Shown: positions 26,117-35,501 of the stretch, piece by piece
Numbering within the stretch: the stretch's first letter is position 1
Layout of the letters: each line of letters opens with the position of its first letter
NCBI GenBank assembly: GCA_013239625.1
Contig: MU053652.1
Span: forward strand, 8,630,077-8,694,076
Source: Lama guanicoe
Lineage: Eukaryota
DNA length: 64,000 bases
Direction: 5' to 3'
The notes under the pieces: model-generated
The model's input: the letters and a program-made list of their open reading frames with translations, nothing else
Database searches by the model: none
Told to the model about the DNA's origin: nothing
Position numbers and translations under genes: made by a program

Positions 26117-27689
26117 AAATGTGATGAACCCGACCATGTTAATCATTCATTCAAACAAACCCTTGTGAGTCAGGCACTGTTTGAGAAACATCAGTGAGAG
26201 TTCTCCTTTAACGTCACAAAGGCTTCTTGGAGCTTGAACTTTTGGAGCTCTTACAGAAGTTACCCCTTCCTTATGCACCCCACTGTTAGGTGTGCAGGTA
26301 GAGAGGACTAGGAATCCTGGCTTACGTCACAAAGAAATCATAGCTAATGATACGGTGATTTAAAATGTCTGTTTTGGCTGTTTATTCTCTCTAATATATT
26401 GAGTTACCAGAGCATTTAGTGGTATTGAAAGTTATTAGATTGGTTAATGTAAAGAATAATTAATGAAGAGCCTGAGTAAATTTTGTGGTTTTCATGTATC
26501 TGTACCTGCCCCTAGTACAGTATATGACTGTCAAAGTAATTCAAAATTCATATGTTAGTTTTAAAGTTTATTGTATTCCATTTTAGCATATTCAGGACTC
26601 TTTCTTGGGTTCAGGGACATTAAGAGGAAGAAGTGTATTTGTATATGGAAAGTAATTTTTTACTGCACATGTATGGGAAAGTTTGTGGGAGTATTGTTTA
26701 ACTTAAGGGAGAAATTCAGGAGAAATTTTGGTGAGGATTTACCAGTTTGCAATCAAATATGATAACATTTTTAAATGAATTTAGTTTTATCTTTAAAACT
26801 CTAAGAATTAAGAAACTTTTTTAAGAAAATATTTATCATTAGCATTATTTGCTTTTTTGTTGTTCTCAGTAAACTACTTAGAGTCAGTATTCTGTTCCTG
26901 CCAAATCCCACTGTGATGTATTTAATTACTCGCAGAAACCCTATACAGTTGTTATTCTCAAGATTAAGTGCAAATCCAGTGTGTTTTGTGGACTCCTAGA
27001 GATCTCTAATAACACCGTAACCCTGGATACTGCAACTTGTGAAGTAATTTATTTTAGCCTCTTCGGTACTCCCTGCATTTAGAGGTAATATCTGGGTAGT
27101 GCTGTGTGAATGTATTTGGCTGTTTTTTCTTAATCAAAGTAGAGGTTTCTGAACGTTTGAGCTTTCTTAACAGAGGTCAATGAATAGCAGAGGGATAGAG
27201 ATCAGCTGATCCCCACCCCCCAACTTAATGAACATTATAACCTTCTTGAATATTAGTTGGAATATAGTTGAATAAATATGCATGCACCTAATTTGTGTGT
27301 TACTCTCTTCTCCTATTTAGACGATGACCCCCTAAAAAACAAGGGCATGCTGTGTCCCTGATCCCATAGGCTCTGGCTCATGGTACCCTGTGTATAGTGA
27401 ATATTACATGTTTGTTGCAGTTAATGGTTATTTCATTATCATTCCTTTGGGTAAACCTCAGAAACTTTGTTTTACCCACTCACCTTCCAATTCATACCTT
27501 GTTTTGGTGGCAGCGCACTGATCACCTTCATGCCTGCTCTTGCCATGTGCTCAGTCAGGAAAGGAATTTCCACAGCAGGATAAATCGTGGTTAGCCTGAA
27601 CCAGTCATGATGGTTCTACTCTGATTTCCAGCAGCTCCACTACACTTGGGTTTCTAAAGTGCTGCCAGCCAGAGAGACACGGAAGGAAA

Positions 27690-27995
27690 CCTAGTAGGTT
27701 TCTGGAAAAGAAAATTGCCTTACTCTTCTTACCTAGAGAGATGAGAGAAGACACGTCCCTTTGTGCTTCTGACTGTGGTCTGCCGTCCTGCCTGTGGATG
27801 CCTGGAGCAACAGTAGCCGCCATGGGGGATGATCAAGTGAGCCTGCACTTACAGAGGGGCAGGATGGAAGGAGCGGGCAGGGACTTTGGAACTATGGGAT
27901 CAACCAACCTTAGCTGTGACTTCAGTTCTCTTTTGGTTGAACTTTGCAGGTAGGCTAATGGAAACCTCTTCAGTACTTGGCTGTTAGAAAGAAAG
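27690..27995 (+). mobile_element. Old MLT1 (J/K-type) LTR fragment
   Basis: gatgcctggagcaacagtagccgccatgggggatga...agggcaggatggaagg...tacttggctgttagaaag. Confidence 0.5.
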
Positions 27996-28344
27996 GAAGC
28001 TTATGTACTGAGTAAGTGGTCTCGAAGGGACAGATTAGAGTAACATCAGTCATCCAGTCTCCTTCCCCCCACCCCTGCTTCCCTTCTTCCCCATCCAACC
28101 ATTCTGGCCCCAGCATACAAAACTGTTGGATCTGGTCCTGATAAAAGGGGTGCAGTTTTGAGGCTTCATGGACTAGGTCACTTGTGCAGATCTGCACCGT
28201 TTCTGTTTCAAGGGAGATGGGAAATGCAGATGGGTTGAGGGCATCATCCCTGTTGGATGTATTGCCCATTATAAACTTCATGATAAGACCTCGTACCTGA
28301 TTGTCCATCGGGACAGATGAGTTTTGGAATGCTTCCTCCCTCCC

Positions 28345-28546
28345 AAGGCTGTTTCTATTGACCTTTTGGGTTAGATGATTACTTATTACACAGGGCTGTT
28401 TCCTGTGTTTTAGGATGGTTACCAGTATTGCTGGCTTCTGCCCACTAAATGCCAGTAGTACTCCCCTATTTTGACAATCATAAATGTCTCCAGAAATAGC
28501 CAAATATCCTTGGGAGGTAAAATTTTCCCTGACTTGAGAACCACTG
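28345..28546 (-). mobile_element. MER20 (hAT-Charlie)
   Basis: cccactaaatgccagtagtactcccc...aaatgtctccagaaatagccaaatatccttgggagg...ttgagaaccactg is the reverse complement of MER20. Confidence 0.8.
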
Positions 28547-29419
28547 TGTTAGAGCTGAAGGATTGTTCCTTATACATGCATTTGTCCTAGGACTCAGGCA
28601 GAAGAGAGCAGGGAAGTCCTCTACCTACCGTTGGCTTAAGCACTTCATCTTACAGTGAGAAAAATACAGTGAATTAGTCTGAGTTTTTAAAATTAGTCTT
28701 TTCAATCATGCAAAGAACATTTAGATTTGAATGTTTTGAGCTAAATATAGTTACTGCTTAAACTCCTTCACCCTTAAAAATCAGCAAACTAAAAAAGCAA
28801 AGTTAGAATTACATTATTTTTTAAAAATCTCATCCTCAAATGTTAATCACGTATTTAACAAACAAGATATGGAGATGTTAACTGTCTTCTTGGTAAGGCT
28901 TCACTTCATCAATGTTAATAATTAAGCCAGGAATTCACACTCTATTTGAACCTGGAAAAAGTCTACATTCAGGTGGGAACTGAATGATGCCTACATAAAA
29001 TTCTATGAATGTGGCAACTTCATTGCTTCTATTTTTCATTTTTAACAGCAATTATTAACTAAAATGTTATAGACCAAAAAGTACAATAAATGCTTTTGTT
29101 AAAATGATAAACATTCTCTCAACATGCCTCTGATTTAAATGTCAGGATCTACTTCACATACAAGGAAATGGGGGCTGTCTTTTCTTTTTGTGTCCCCAGG
29201 ACTTTATAGGATGCCTGGTGCATAGCATGTGCCCTGTATATAGTAAATAATAAGAGTTTGAATGAGTGTGGTCAGTTTATTAACTCCTTGAGAAACATCT
29301 TTAGGTGTAGATTTAAAAGGAAAGCAAACAAGCATTAAAACATCTTTAAAGCAGTAAAATTTGCAACAATAAAGCGATGTAGTAGCTTGTGATAGCCTTA
29401 AAGTAACTTGGTTTGTGGA

Positions 29420-30135
29420 TGTCTCTCCATCATTACTGCTATCTCAGGAGTCCAAGCCACTGTCTTCTTTTAGGCAAAAGAAGACACTCAGCTCATCACT
29501 ATTCTCCTCCTCCTTCAATCCATTTTCCGCTTAAGGCAGCCAAAGTGCACTTTAAAAACTGGGCACTTTGAAACACTTAAGTCACTTCCCCAGGTAGGCA
29601 TCCTTCAGTGTGTGTCTCTTGTCCTTGGGGCATGACCCAGAATCCTTAGTCTAAGGTTTATGACCCTGAACCTCTAACTGCTTTTGCCTTACCTCATCAC
29701 TTTAGTTTTGCCTCTTTTGCTTTGCCAAACTCATGCGCCTTCAGGTCCTTTAACTTGCCACTTTCTTTCCTACCTTAGGGTCTTGAAAACTGCCTTTTCC
29801 TCTTCCTGCAATCTTCTTAGCTCATATTCTTTGCTTGGGTAATTCTGACCTATTGTTCAAGACCCAGATTAAGTATCACTCTTAAGAGAGTGATGCCCTG
29901 GACCTCCGATCAGGGGAACTTTGGTTCCCTTTTACATTTGTTCTTCCTTCTGATTCTGTGTTTTCCTTTCAGAGTCCTTATCACAACCTGCAGGGACACG
30001 TTTGTTTAAAATCTGCCCTGACCAGATCATTTTCACAAAGTAGGTGTGTGTCTGTTTTCTTCTCCAATATATGACACATTCTTAGTATTTGCCTAACACA
30101 TAGTGGGTTCTCAGCAGTGATTTGAGTGAATAAAT
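29420..30135 (+). mobile_element. L2 LINE 3' fragment (other L2 remnants at ~39650-40320 -, ~44270-44752 +, ~46670-47640 -, ~49330-50110 +, ~60850-61300 -, ~62470-63070 +)
   Basis: Pyrimidine-rich L2 3' region ending gcctaacacatagtgggttctcagcagtgatttgagtgaataaattgaat. Confidence 0.65.
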
Positions 30136-30479
30136 TGAATTCGTCTTGCAGGATGGCACTATGTCAGGCTACCAATATAAGTTTATATTGCATTGCCCTC
30201 ATGTTGAACCTTTAGGCCTGGCCTAAGCATTTGATGTCGGAAGGGAGTGGGAATAATTTGCTCCTGCATCCCAAAGGATGGCGTGTTGGGTAGCACGGGA
30301 CCACACCTGAGAACTGCTGACTGGCCAGGCTCGTGTGCTCATACATGAATGATTGCTGCTTTGCCTTACAGATAGGAAAACAGCATTTAGGCAGCCTTTC
30401 AGCCTATCCAGAACTGGGAAAGAAACTCAAGGTTTAAAAAAAAATTCTGATCTGTTTACTTTTTGCTATGAAGACTTTG

Positions 30480-30640
30480 CAGATTGGTACACATCATGGG
30501 TCATCGCTGACTAGCTTTTTGGCCAATAGGATTGGAGTATGCAGTGCACTAGCATCAAATCTCAGATTGGCTTAACTGCCTCTGATGTCACAATTTCCCC
30601 ATTAGGAAGTCACAATTTCCTTGCAGTCACATTGTACTAA
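30480..30640 (+). promoter_or_regulatory. Putative TATA-less promoter of RNF148 (CCAAT boxes, MYB-type site, CRE-like sites)
   Basis: ATTGG at 30483, CCAAT-agg-ATTGG at 30523-30535, ATTGG at 30566, TAACTG at 30573 and TGATGTCA at 30583. GTCACAATTTCC occurs at 30587 and 30609. All lie about 230-370 bp upstream of the ATG. Confidence 0.5.
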
Positions 30641-30853
30641 TAACAACTCTGGTTATCCTGTTTCATTATGAGAAAGATAATCTACCAAAAATAAAAATGC
30701 CAGAAGGAGCCAGATGTCTTTGATCCACGCAGACCTTTTCCACTTAGCGCTTTCATTCTCTACTGCCGACAACTGAAGCTAGCTTCTTTACTTTCTTTTA
30801 TACTTGATGTTGTTTTGTTTTTCATGGTTGTCAGTGAACAGGCAAATGGAGGA

Positions 30854-31765
30854 ATGAGCCAACTTAGAATTACTCCTTCAACTCACAGCTCTGTTTCGTC
30901 TCAACTCTTGAGGCTTTGCATCTTTTTACTGCTTAGCCTTCCTGACTCAAAAGGAAAAGCCATTTGGACAGCTCACCTGAATATAACGTTTCAGGTGGGA
31001 AATCGGATTATATCAGAATTAGGAGAGAGTGGAGTGTTCGGGAATCACTCTCTCTTGGAAAGGGTGTCTGGTGTGGCGGTGCTTCCGGAAGGATGGAATC
31101 AGAATGCTTGTAACCCTATGACCAACTTCAGCAGACCCAAGCGAGCGGACTCTTGGCTTGCCCTCATTGAGCGAGGAGGCTGTACTTTTACACACAAAAT
31201 CAACTTGGCAGCAGAGAAGGGAGCAAATGGGGTGATCATCTACAACTATCCGGGTACGGGCAACAAAGTGTTTCCCATGTCTCACCAGGGAACAGAAAAC
31301 ATAGTCGCGGTGATGATAGGCAATTTGAAAGGCATGGAACTCCTGCAGCTGATCCAGAAGGGAGTCTATGTGACGATCATCATCGAAGTGGGCAGAATGC
31401 ACATGCCATGGCTGAGCCATTACATCATGTCTCTCTTTACCTTCCTGGCTGCCACCGTGGCCTATCTTTTTCTGTACTGTGCCTGGAGACCTCAAGTGCC
31501 CAATTCTTCCACCAGGAGGCGAAGGCAGATAAAGGCGGATGTGAAGAAAGCCATCGGTCAGCTTCAACTGCGAGTGCTCAAAGAAGGGGATAAGGAACTA
31601 GATCCAAATGAAGACAATTGTGTCATTTGCTTTGACATATACAAACCTCAAGATGTAGTACGTATTCTCACTTGCAAACATTTCTTCCATAAGGCATGCA
31701 TCGACCCCTGGCTTTTAGCCCATAGGACGTGCCCCATGTGCAAGTGTGACATTCTGAAAACCTGA
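30854..31765 (+). CDS. RNF148: RING finger protein 148, intronless PA-TM-RING-H2 E3 ubiquitin ligase (303 aa from ATG 30854)
   Basis: Uninterrupted ORF from [16 protein letters not shown] to [11 protein letters not shown]. It has a signal peptide, a PA domain ([31 protein letters not shown]), a TM segment ([22 protein letters not shown]) and a RING-H2 ([41 protein letters not shown]). Both termini match RNF148 as I recall it, and the position is syntenic, beside RNF133 inside CADPS2. The ORF-track start at 30815 is a TTG; an in-frame ATG also exists at 30824. Confidence 0.96.
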   Translation: MSQLRITPSTHSSVSSQLLRLCIFLLLSLPDSKGKAIWTAHLNITFQVGNRIISELGESGVFGNHSLLERVSGVAVLPEGWNQNACNPMTNFSRPKRADSWLALIERGGCTFTHKINLAAEKGANGVIIYNYPGTGNKVFPMSHQGTENIVAVMIGNLKGMELLQLIQKGVYVTIIIEVGRMHMPWLSHYIMSLFTFLAATVAYLFLYCAWRPQVPNSSTRRRRQIKADVKKAIGQLQLRVLKEGDKELDPNEDNCVICFDIYKPQDVVRILTCKHFFHKACIDPWLLAHRTCPMCKCDILKT

Positions 31766-31915
31766 GAAACCCAGAGCATCTCCTAAAGATGTAAACAAGT
31801 CTTTCCAAAGATTCCAATTAAGGCAAATTCTCTTTTAGCACTTTATGTAGAGAGAAAATTCACCTGCAGCTTCTCTATTCAAGTACTAAAGAGGGTGAAA
31901 TTTGTGTGTTTTTAA

Positions 31916-31921
31916 AATAAA
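31916..31921 (+). terminator. RNF148 polyadenylation signal AATAAA
   Basis: AATAAA 150 nt after the stop codon, followed by a GT/T-rich downstream element (ttgttgtttttctagtgttttgtt, ~31951-31974). Confidence 0.65.
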
Positions 31922-34335
31922 ACTCCATTATCATGTCCAGCTATTTGAACTTGTTGTTTTTCTAGTGTTTTGTTATACATGTTTGCCCTTATCTAATTAA
32001 GGACATTAATATACATTAAAAGCAAATTAGTCTTTATTTTCAAATTGCAATAATTGTGACATTGAAACCCCAGAGAATTAGTCATAATATTTTAAGGTTT
32101 CTTTTGTATTAATTTTTGTACTCTGTTTCTGTATCTCTAATTTTTGATATCTAATAATACCTCTGTTCAATAAACATTATAGGTTTAGATCTTGATTTAA
32201 TTTTCCACGGTGAATTAACTTTGCTAATACCTAGGAAATCTGATCGCCAAAGCTACTGACTGTGTAGGTAATGTCTTCTAAATAATTATTTTTAGATGAT
32301 AGCACTTCTAGTGATGTATCTACAAATGTTTTAAATTATTATAGGCCATGTTTATGGCAGCATTATAAAAAATCCTTGTTTGCCAGAGCCCCTTAAATCC
32401 CAGCATAGTGAGTCAGCTATGGTTGCAAATTTTCCCTCTAGAATGGACTCTAGCAAATGCTTCTCTTAAGATGGTGGCATGTCTCCATTTGGGACACGTT
32501 GACAATATAGATCTAGAGTAGAATTGAAATTTATTTATTCAATCACCTTTCCAAATTGTATCTTTTGCCTTAATTTGCCTCTTTTTTTTTTTCTGGTAGA
32601 TAACAAACAGCTATGTAACAATGAGAAGCTGAAAGATTTGAGTTTTGTTGTTTTGATGAAGCTCTCTATGGATAATCTGATGTCCAACTCAAATGGCACT
32701 TTGTGCATCACCACACTATGTAGTACATGGTCTTTTTTAAGTAGTGGGTGTGTGGAAGTGAAATCAGATTAATGAGAAAGAAAGTCGACCACTGTGAGCT
32801 GAAGGTGCCACATCAGTGTTTTTTTAATGCTGCTTTTTATTGGGCTCATAGGGACCTTCTCTCCTTCGTCTTTCCTGTTTGAGTTGTCATGTTGGTTGTC
32901 ATTTCGTAAGAACACACTAGCTCCCATGGTCCTGGTGAGACGAACCAAAAATGTCTCTTAGTAAGTACCCTGTGCAAAGAGGTCAGAGACATTTGTATCC
33001 AAGGTCAACATTTTTGGTCTTTGTTTCCTAGCTGGCAGATAAGAACCGTGGAGAGATACTCCCGAGAAAGTGTATGGCCATGCCAGTGGCTGCCCGTAGT
33101 TGTTAGTTCATAAGTCATTCTTTGGCTTTGAAGTCTTATTGTGTCATTGGCCCAAGTATAGCAAAAGTCCAGGCAGCTTGACAGTGTACACTGGGGTCTT
33201 CCACCAGGGCTGCTTGTTGATTTTGGCAAACATTTTGTTAGAAGCCTCTGTGACCTTTAACAATCACTACTGTCAGCGCTTAAATTTAAGTGAGGACCTT
33301 GAAGTTTTTCTTTTTAAAATTTATGGCTACATTTTTGTTCAGAGTGAATTGTGCTAAACTGCTATTGCTATGTTTACTCTTCCCCCCTCTGCCCGTTCTC
33401 CTCTTCCCTCAAAATATTGTTAGCTTAGTCACAGATGCCAAGGTCTGCGGAGAAACGAGATTAGTCTTTTCTGCCTTTACTGCTGTCATCCCTACATATA
33501 ATCAATGTAAGAGTGAGGGCAGTGAGGCGTAGTAATTTAACAGGATACCCTACTTTTAAAAAGTCAGACAGAAACCAAACCGACCCAATGCGCTTCTGAG
33601 CAAGCTTTATTAAATTCAATTCAAAGGTTTATGTGACAGATAAAAAATGTGCACAGTGACCAAATGTGAGTTAAAAATAACATTACTGAATTCACTGCTT
33701 TTAGCACGTAGCTGGTCATAGTGCTAATTTTTAATTACCATTCATGATTTTAAAACTTGCCATTTTGATAAAAAAAATTTACTTCACTGATCGCAAAGAA
33801 AAATGTTAATTGTATGACCTTCTGGCATATGCTTTCAGGTTTTAAAATGCATGCATTATACAATTTTTATATTGTTTAGTTTAATGTGATACCTGGTGAC
33901 ATTACATGCAGCTCAGGGACTGAATCCATCTTGTAACAATAGAGAAATTACCCATAACAACACTTGAAACATTCAAGTCCATCAACGTACAGCATGCTCT
34001 AAGCTCTTACCTAATTGGCTGTGTTGTCTTTTAGGTCATAATCATATCACCCACCAGCCAGCAGTATCTAGAGTTAACAGTAGTGAGGCTGGGTTTTTTT
34101 TTTTTTTTCAATCTGAAGTTTTTCTCTTTCTCTCTCTAAAACAAACCATCAAACATCTGAAACTCACAAGACGTCTTTAAGAATTTCTTAGGAAAAACAT
34201 GCTGGAAGACAGTGGAACTTGTTTTCACCCAGAAGATTATTTTTTTCAATTTAATATTTTACACTGATTGTCAACAGATGTGGCAGCCGTACCTCTTTGC
34301 TGGGTTGGTCCTTCAGTTCCTAAGCAAAGAGAGAG

Positions 34336-35472
34336 ATGAATCTCCTCAAGATCGGCGCTGGGAGAAACAACCCTGCCTCTTCCTGGCTCATGGAAGTCAG
34401 TTTTCTTTGGCTTCTTAGCCAGCACTGGTGCAGGGCCAGCGCTGTTTGGACTGCCTACATGAACATATCCTTCCATGTTGGGAATCGCATGTTGTCGGAG
34501 TTGGGGGAGACTGGAGCGTTTGGAAGAAGCTCCGCTTTGAAGAGAGTAGCAGGAGTTATCTTGCCACCAGAGGGAAAAACTCAAAATGCATGTAGCCCCA
34601 ATACCAGTTTCAGAAAGTTAAAGAACTCAGAGACGTGGCTTGCACTGGTTGAACGGGGAGGTTGTACCTTCACACAAAAGATTAAGGTGGCGGTTGGGAA
34701 GGGAGCCAGTGGAGTGATCATCTATAACTTTCCGGGAACTGGCAATCAGGTTTTCCCCATGTCTCATCAGGCTTTTGAAGACATCGTTGTGGTGATGATT
34801 GGTAACTTAAGAGGCATGGAGATTCTGCATTTAATTCAAAAGGGAGTTCACGTGACAGCCATGATTGAGGTGGGGAGTAAGCGTATCATCTGGATGAATC
34901 ACTATTTTGTCTCTTTTGTGATTGTCACAACCGCTACCTTAGCGTATTTCATCTTTTACCATATTCGAAGACTTTGGGTAGCAAGGATTCAGAACAGGAG
35001 ATGGCAGCGATTAACGACTGACCTCAAGCAAGCGTTTGGCCAGCTCCAAATTCGGGTCCTCAAAGAGGGGGACGAGGAAGTAAGTCCAAATGGAGATAGC
35101 TGCGTAGTTTGCTTTGAACTCTATAAGCCTAATGATACAGTTCGCATTCTGACCTGTAAACATTTTTTCCACAAGAATTGCATTGACCCCTGGGTTCTGT
35201 CCCATGGGACATGCCCCATGTGCAAATGTGACATTCTTAAAGCTTTGGGGATTCAAGTGGATGTTGAAGATGGAACAGAATCTTTGCAAGTTCTAATGTC
35301 CAATGAATTGCCTGGTAACCTATTACCTAGTGAAGAGGGCGCAAATAACGAACCTCCTCCAGCAGCAGCAAGGTCGGATAAAGTGACCCACGTGGAGGAA
35401 GAGGGGCACCCTGCTTCTCAGACCCACGGCCAGTCTGACTCCGTGGGAGCAGGTGTTCATCCTCCGCCTTGA
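34336..35472 (+). CDS. RNF133: RING finger protein 133, intronless PA-TM-RING-H2 E3 ubiquitin ligase (378 aa)
   Basis: Uninterrupted ORF starting MNLLKIGAGRNN. It has a signal peptide, a PA domain ([31 protein letters not shown]), a TM segment (YFVSFVIVTTATLAYFIFYHI), a RING-H2 ([41 protein letters not shown]) and an acidic tail (DILKALGIQVDVEDG...) resembling RNF128/GRAIL. Confidence 0.96.
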   Translation: MNLLKIGAGRNNPASSWLMEVSFLWLLSQHWCRASAVWTAYMNISFHVGNRMLSELGETGAFGRSSALKRVAGVILPPEGKTQNACSPNTSFRKLKNSETWLALVERGGCTFTQKIKVAVGKGASGVIIYNFPGTGNQVFPMSHQAFEDIVVVMIGNLRGMEILHLIQKGVHVTAMIEVGSKRIIWMNHYFVSFVIVTTATLAYFIFYHIRRLWVARIQNRRWQRLTTDLKQAFGQLQIRVLKEGDEEVSPNGDSCVVCFELYKPNDTVRILTCKHFFHKNCIDPWVLSHGTCPMCKCDILKALGIQVDVEDGTESLQVLMSNELPGNLLPSEEGANNEPPPAAARSDKVTHVEEEGHPASQTHGQSDSVGAGVHPPP

Positions 35473-35495
35473 CAGCATGACCTTTGAGGGAGTGA

Positions 35496-35501
35496 ATTAA
35501 A
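35496..35501 (+). terminator. Candidate RNF133 polyadenylation signal ATTAAA
   Basis: ATTAAA shortly after the stop codon, with a GT/T-rich tract (tgtggtttttgtgtcctttttttgt) at ~35556-35580. The spacing is a little long. Confidence 0.4.

Noticed and set aside
27970..28503. 177-aa minus-strand ORF
   Set aside because: It starts inside MER20 with a non-ATG start, ends in an MLT1 fragment, and has no protein-like features.
30815..30853. 316-aa RNF148 starting at 30815 as in the ORF track
   Set aside because: 30815 is a TTG. The orthologous N-terminus and signal peptide fit the ATG at 30854.
31019..31567. 182-aa minus-strand ORF (also 34246-34584, 35011-35289, 52572-52889)
   Set aside because: These are antisense shadows of real coding sequence, with no recognisable domain or independent signals.
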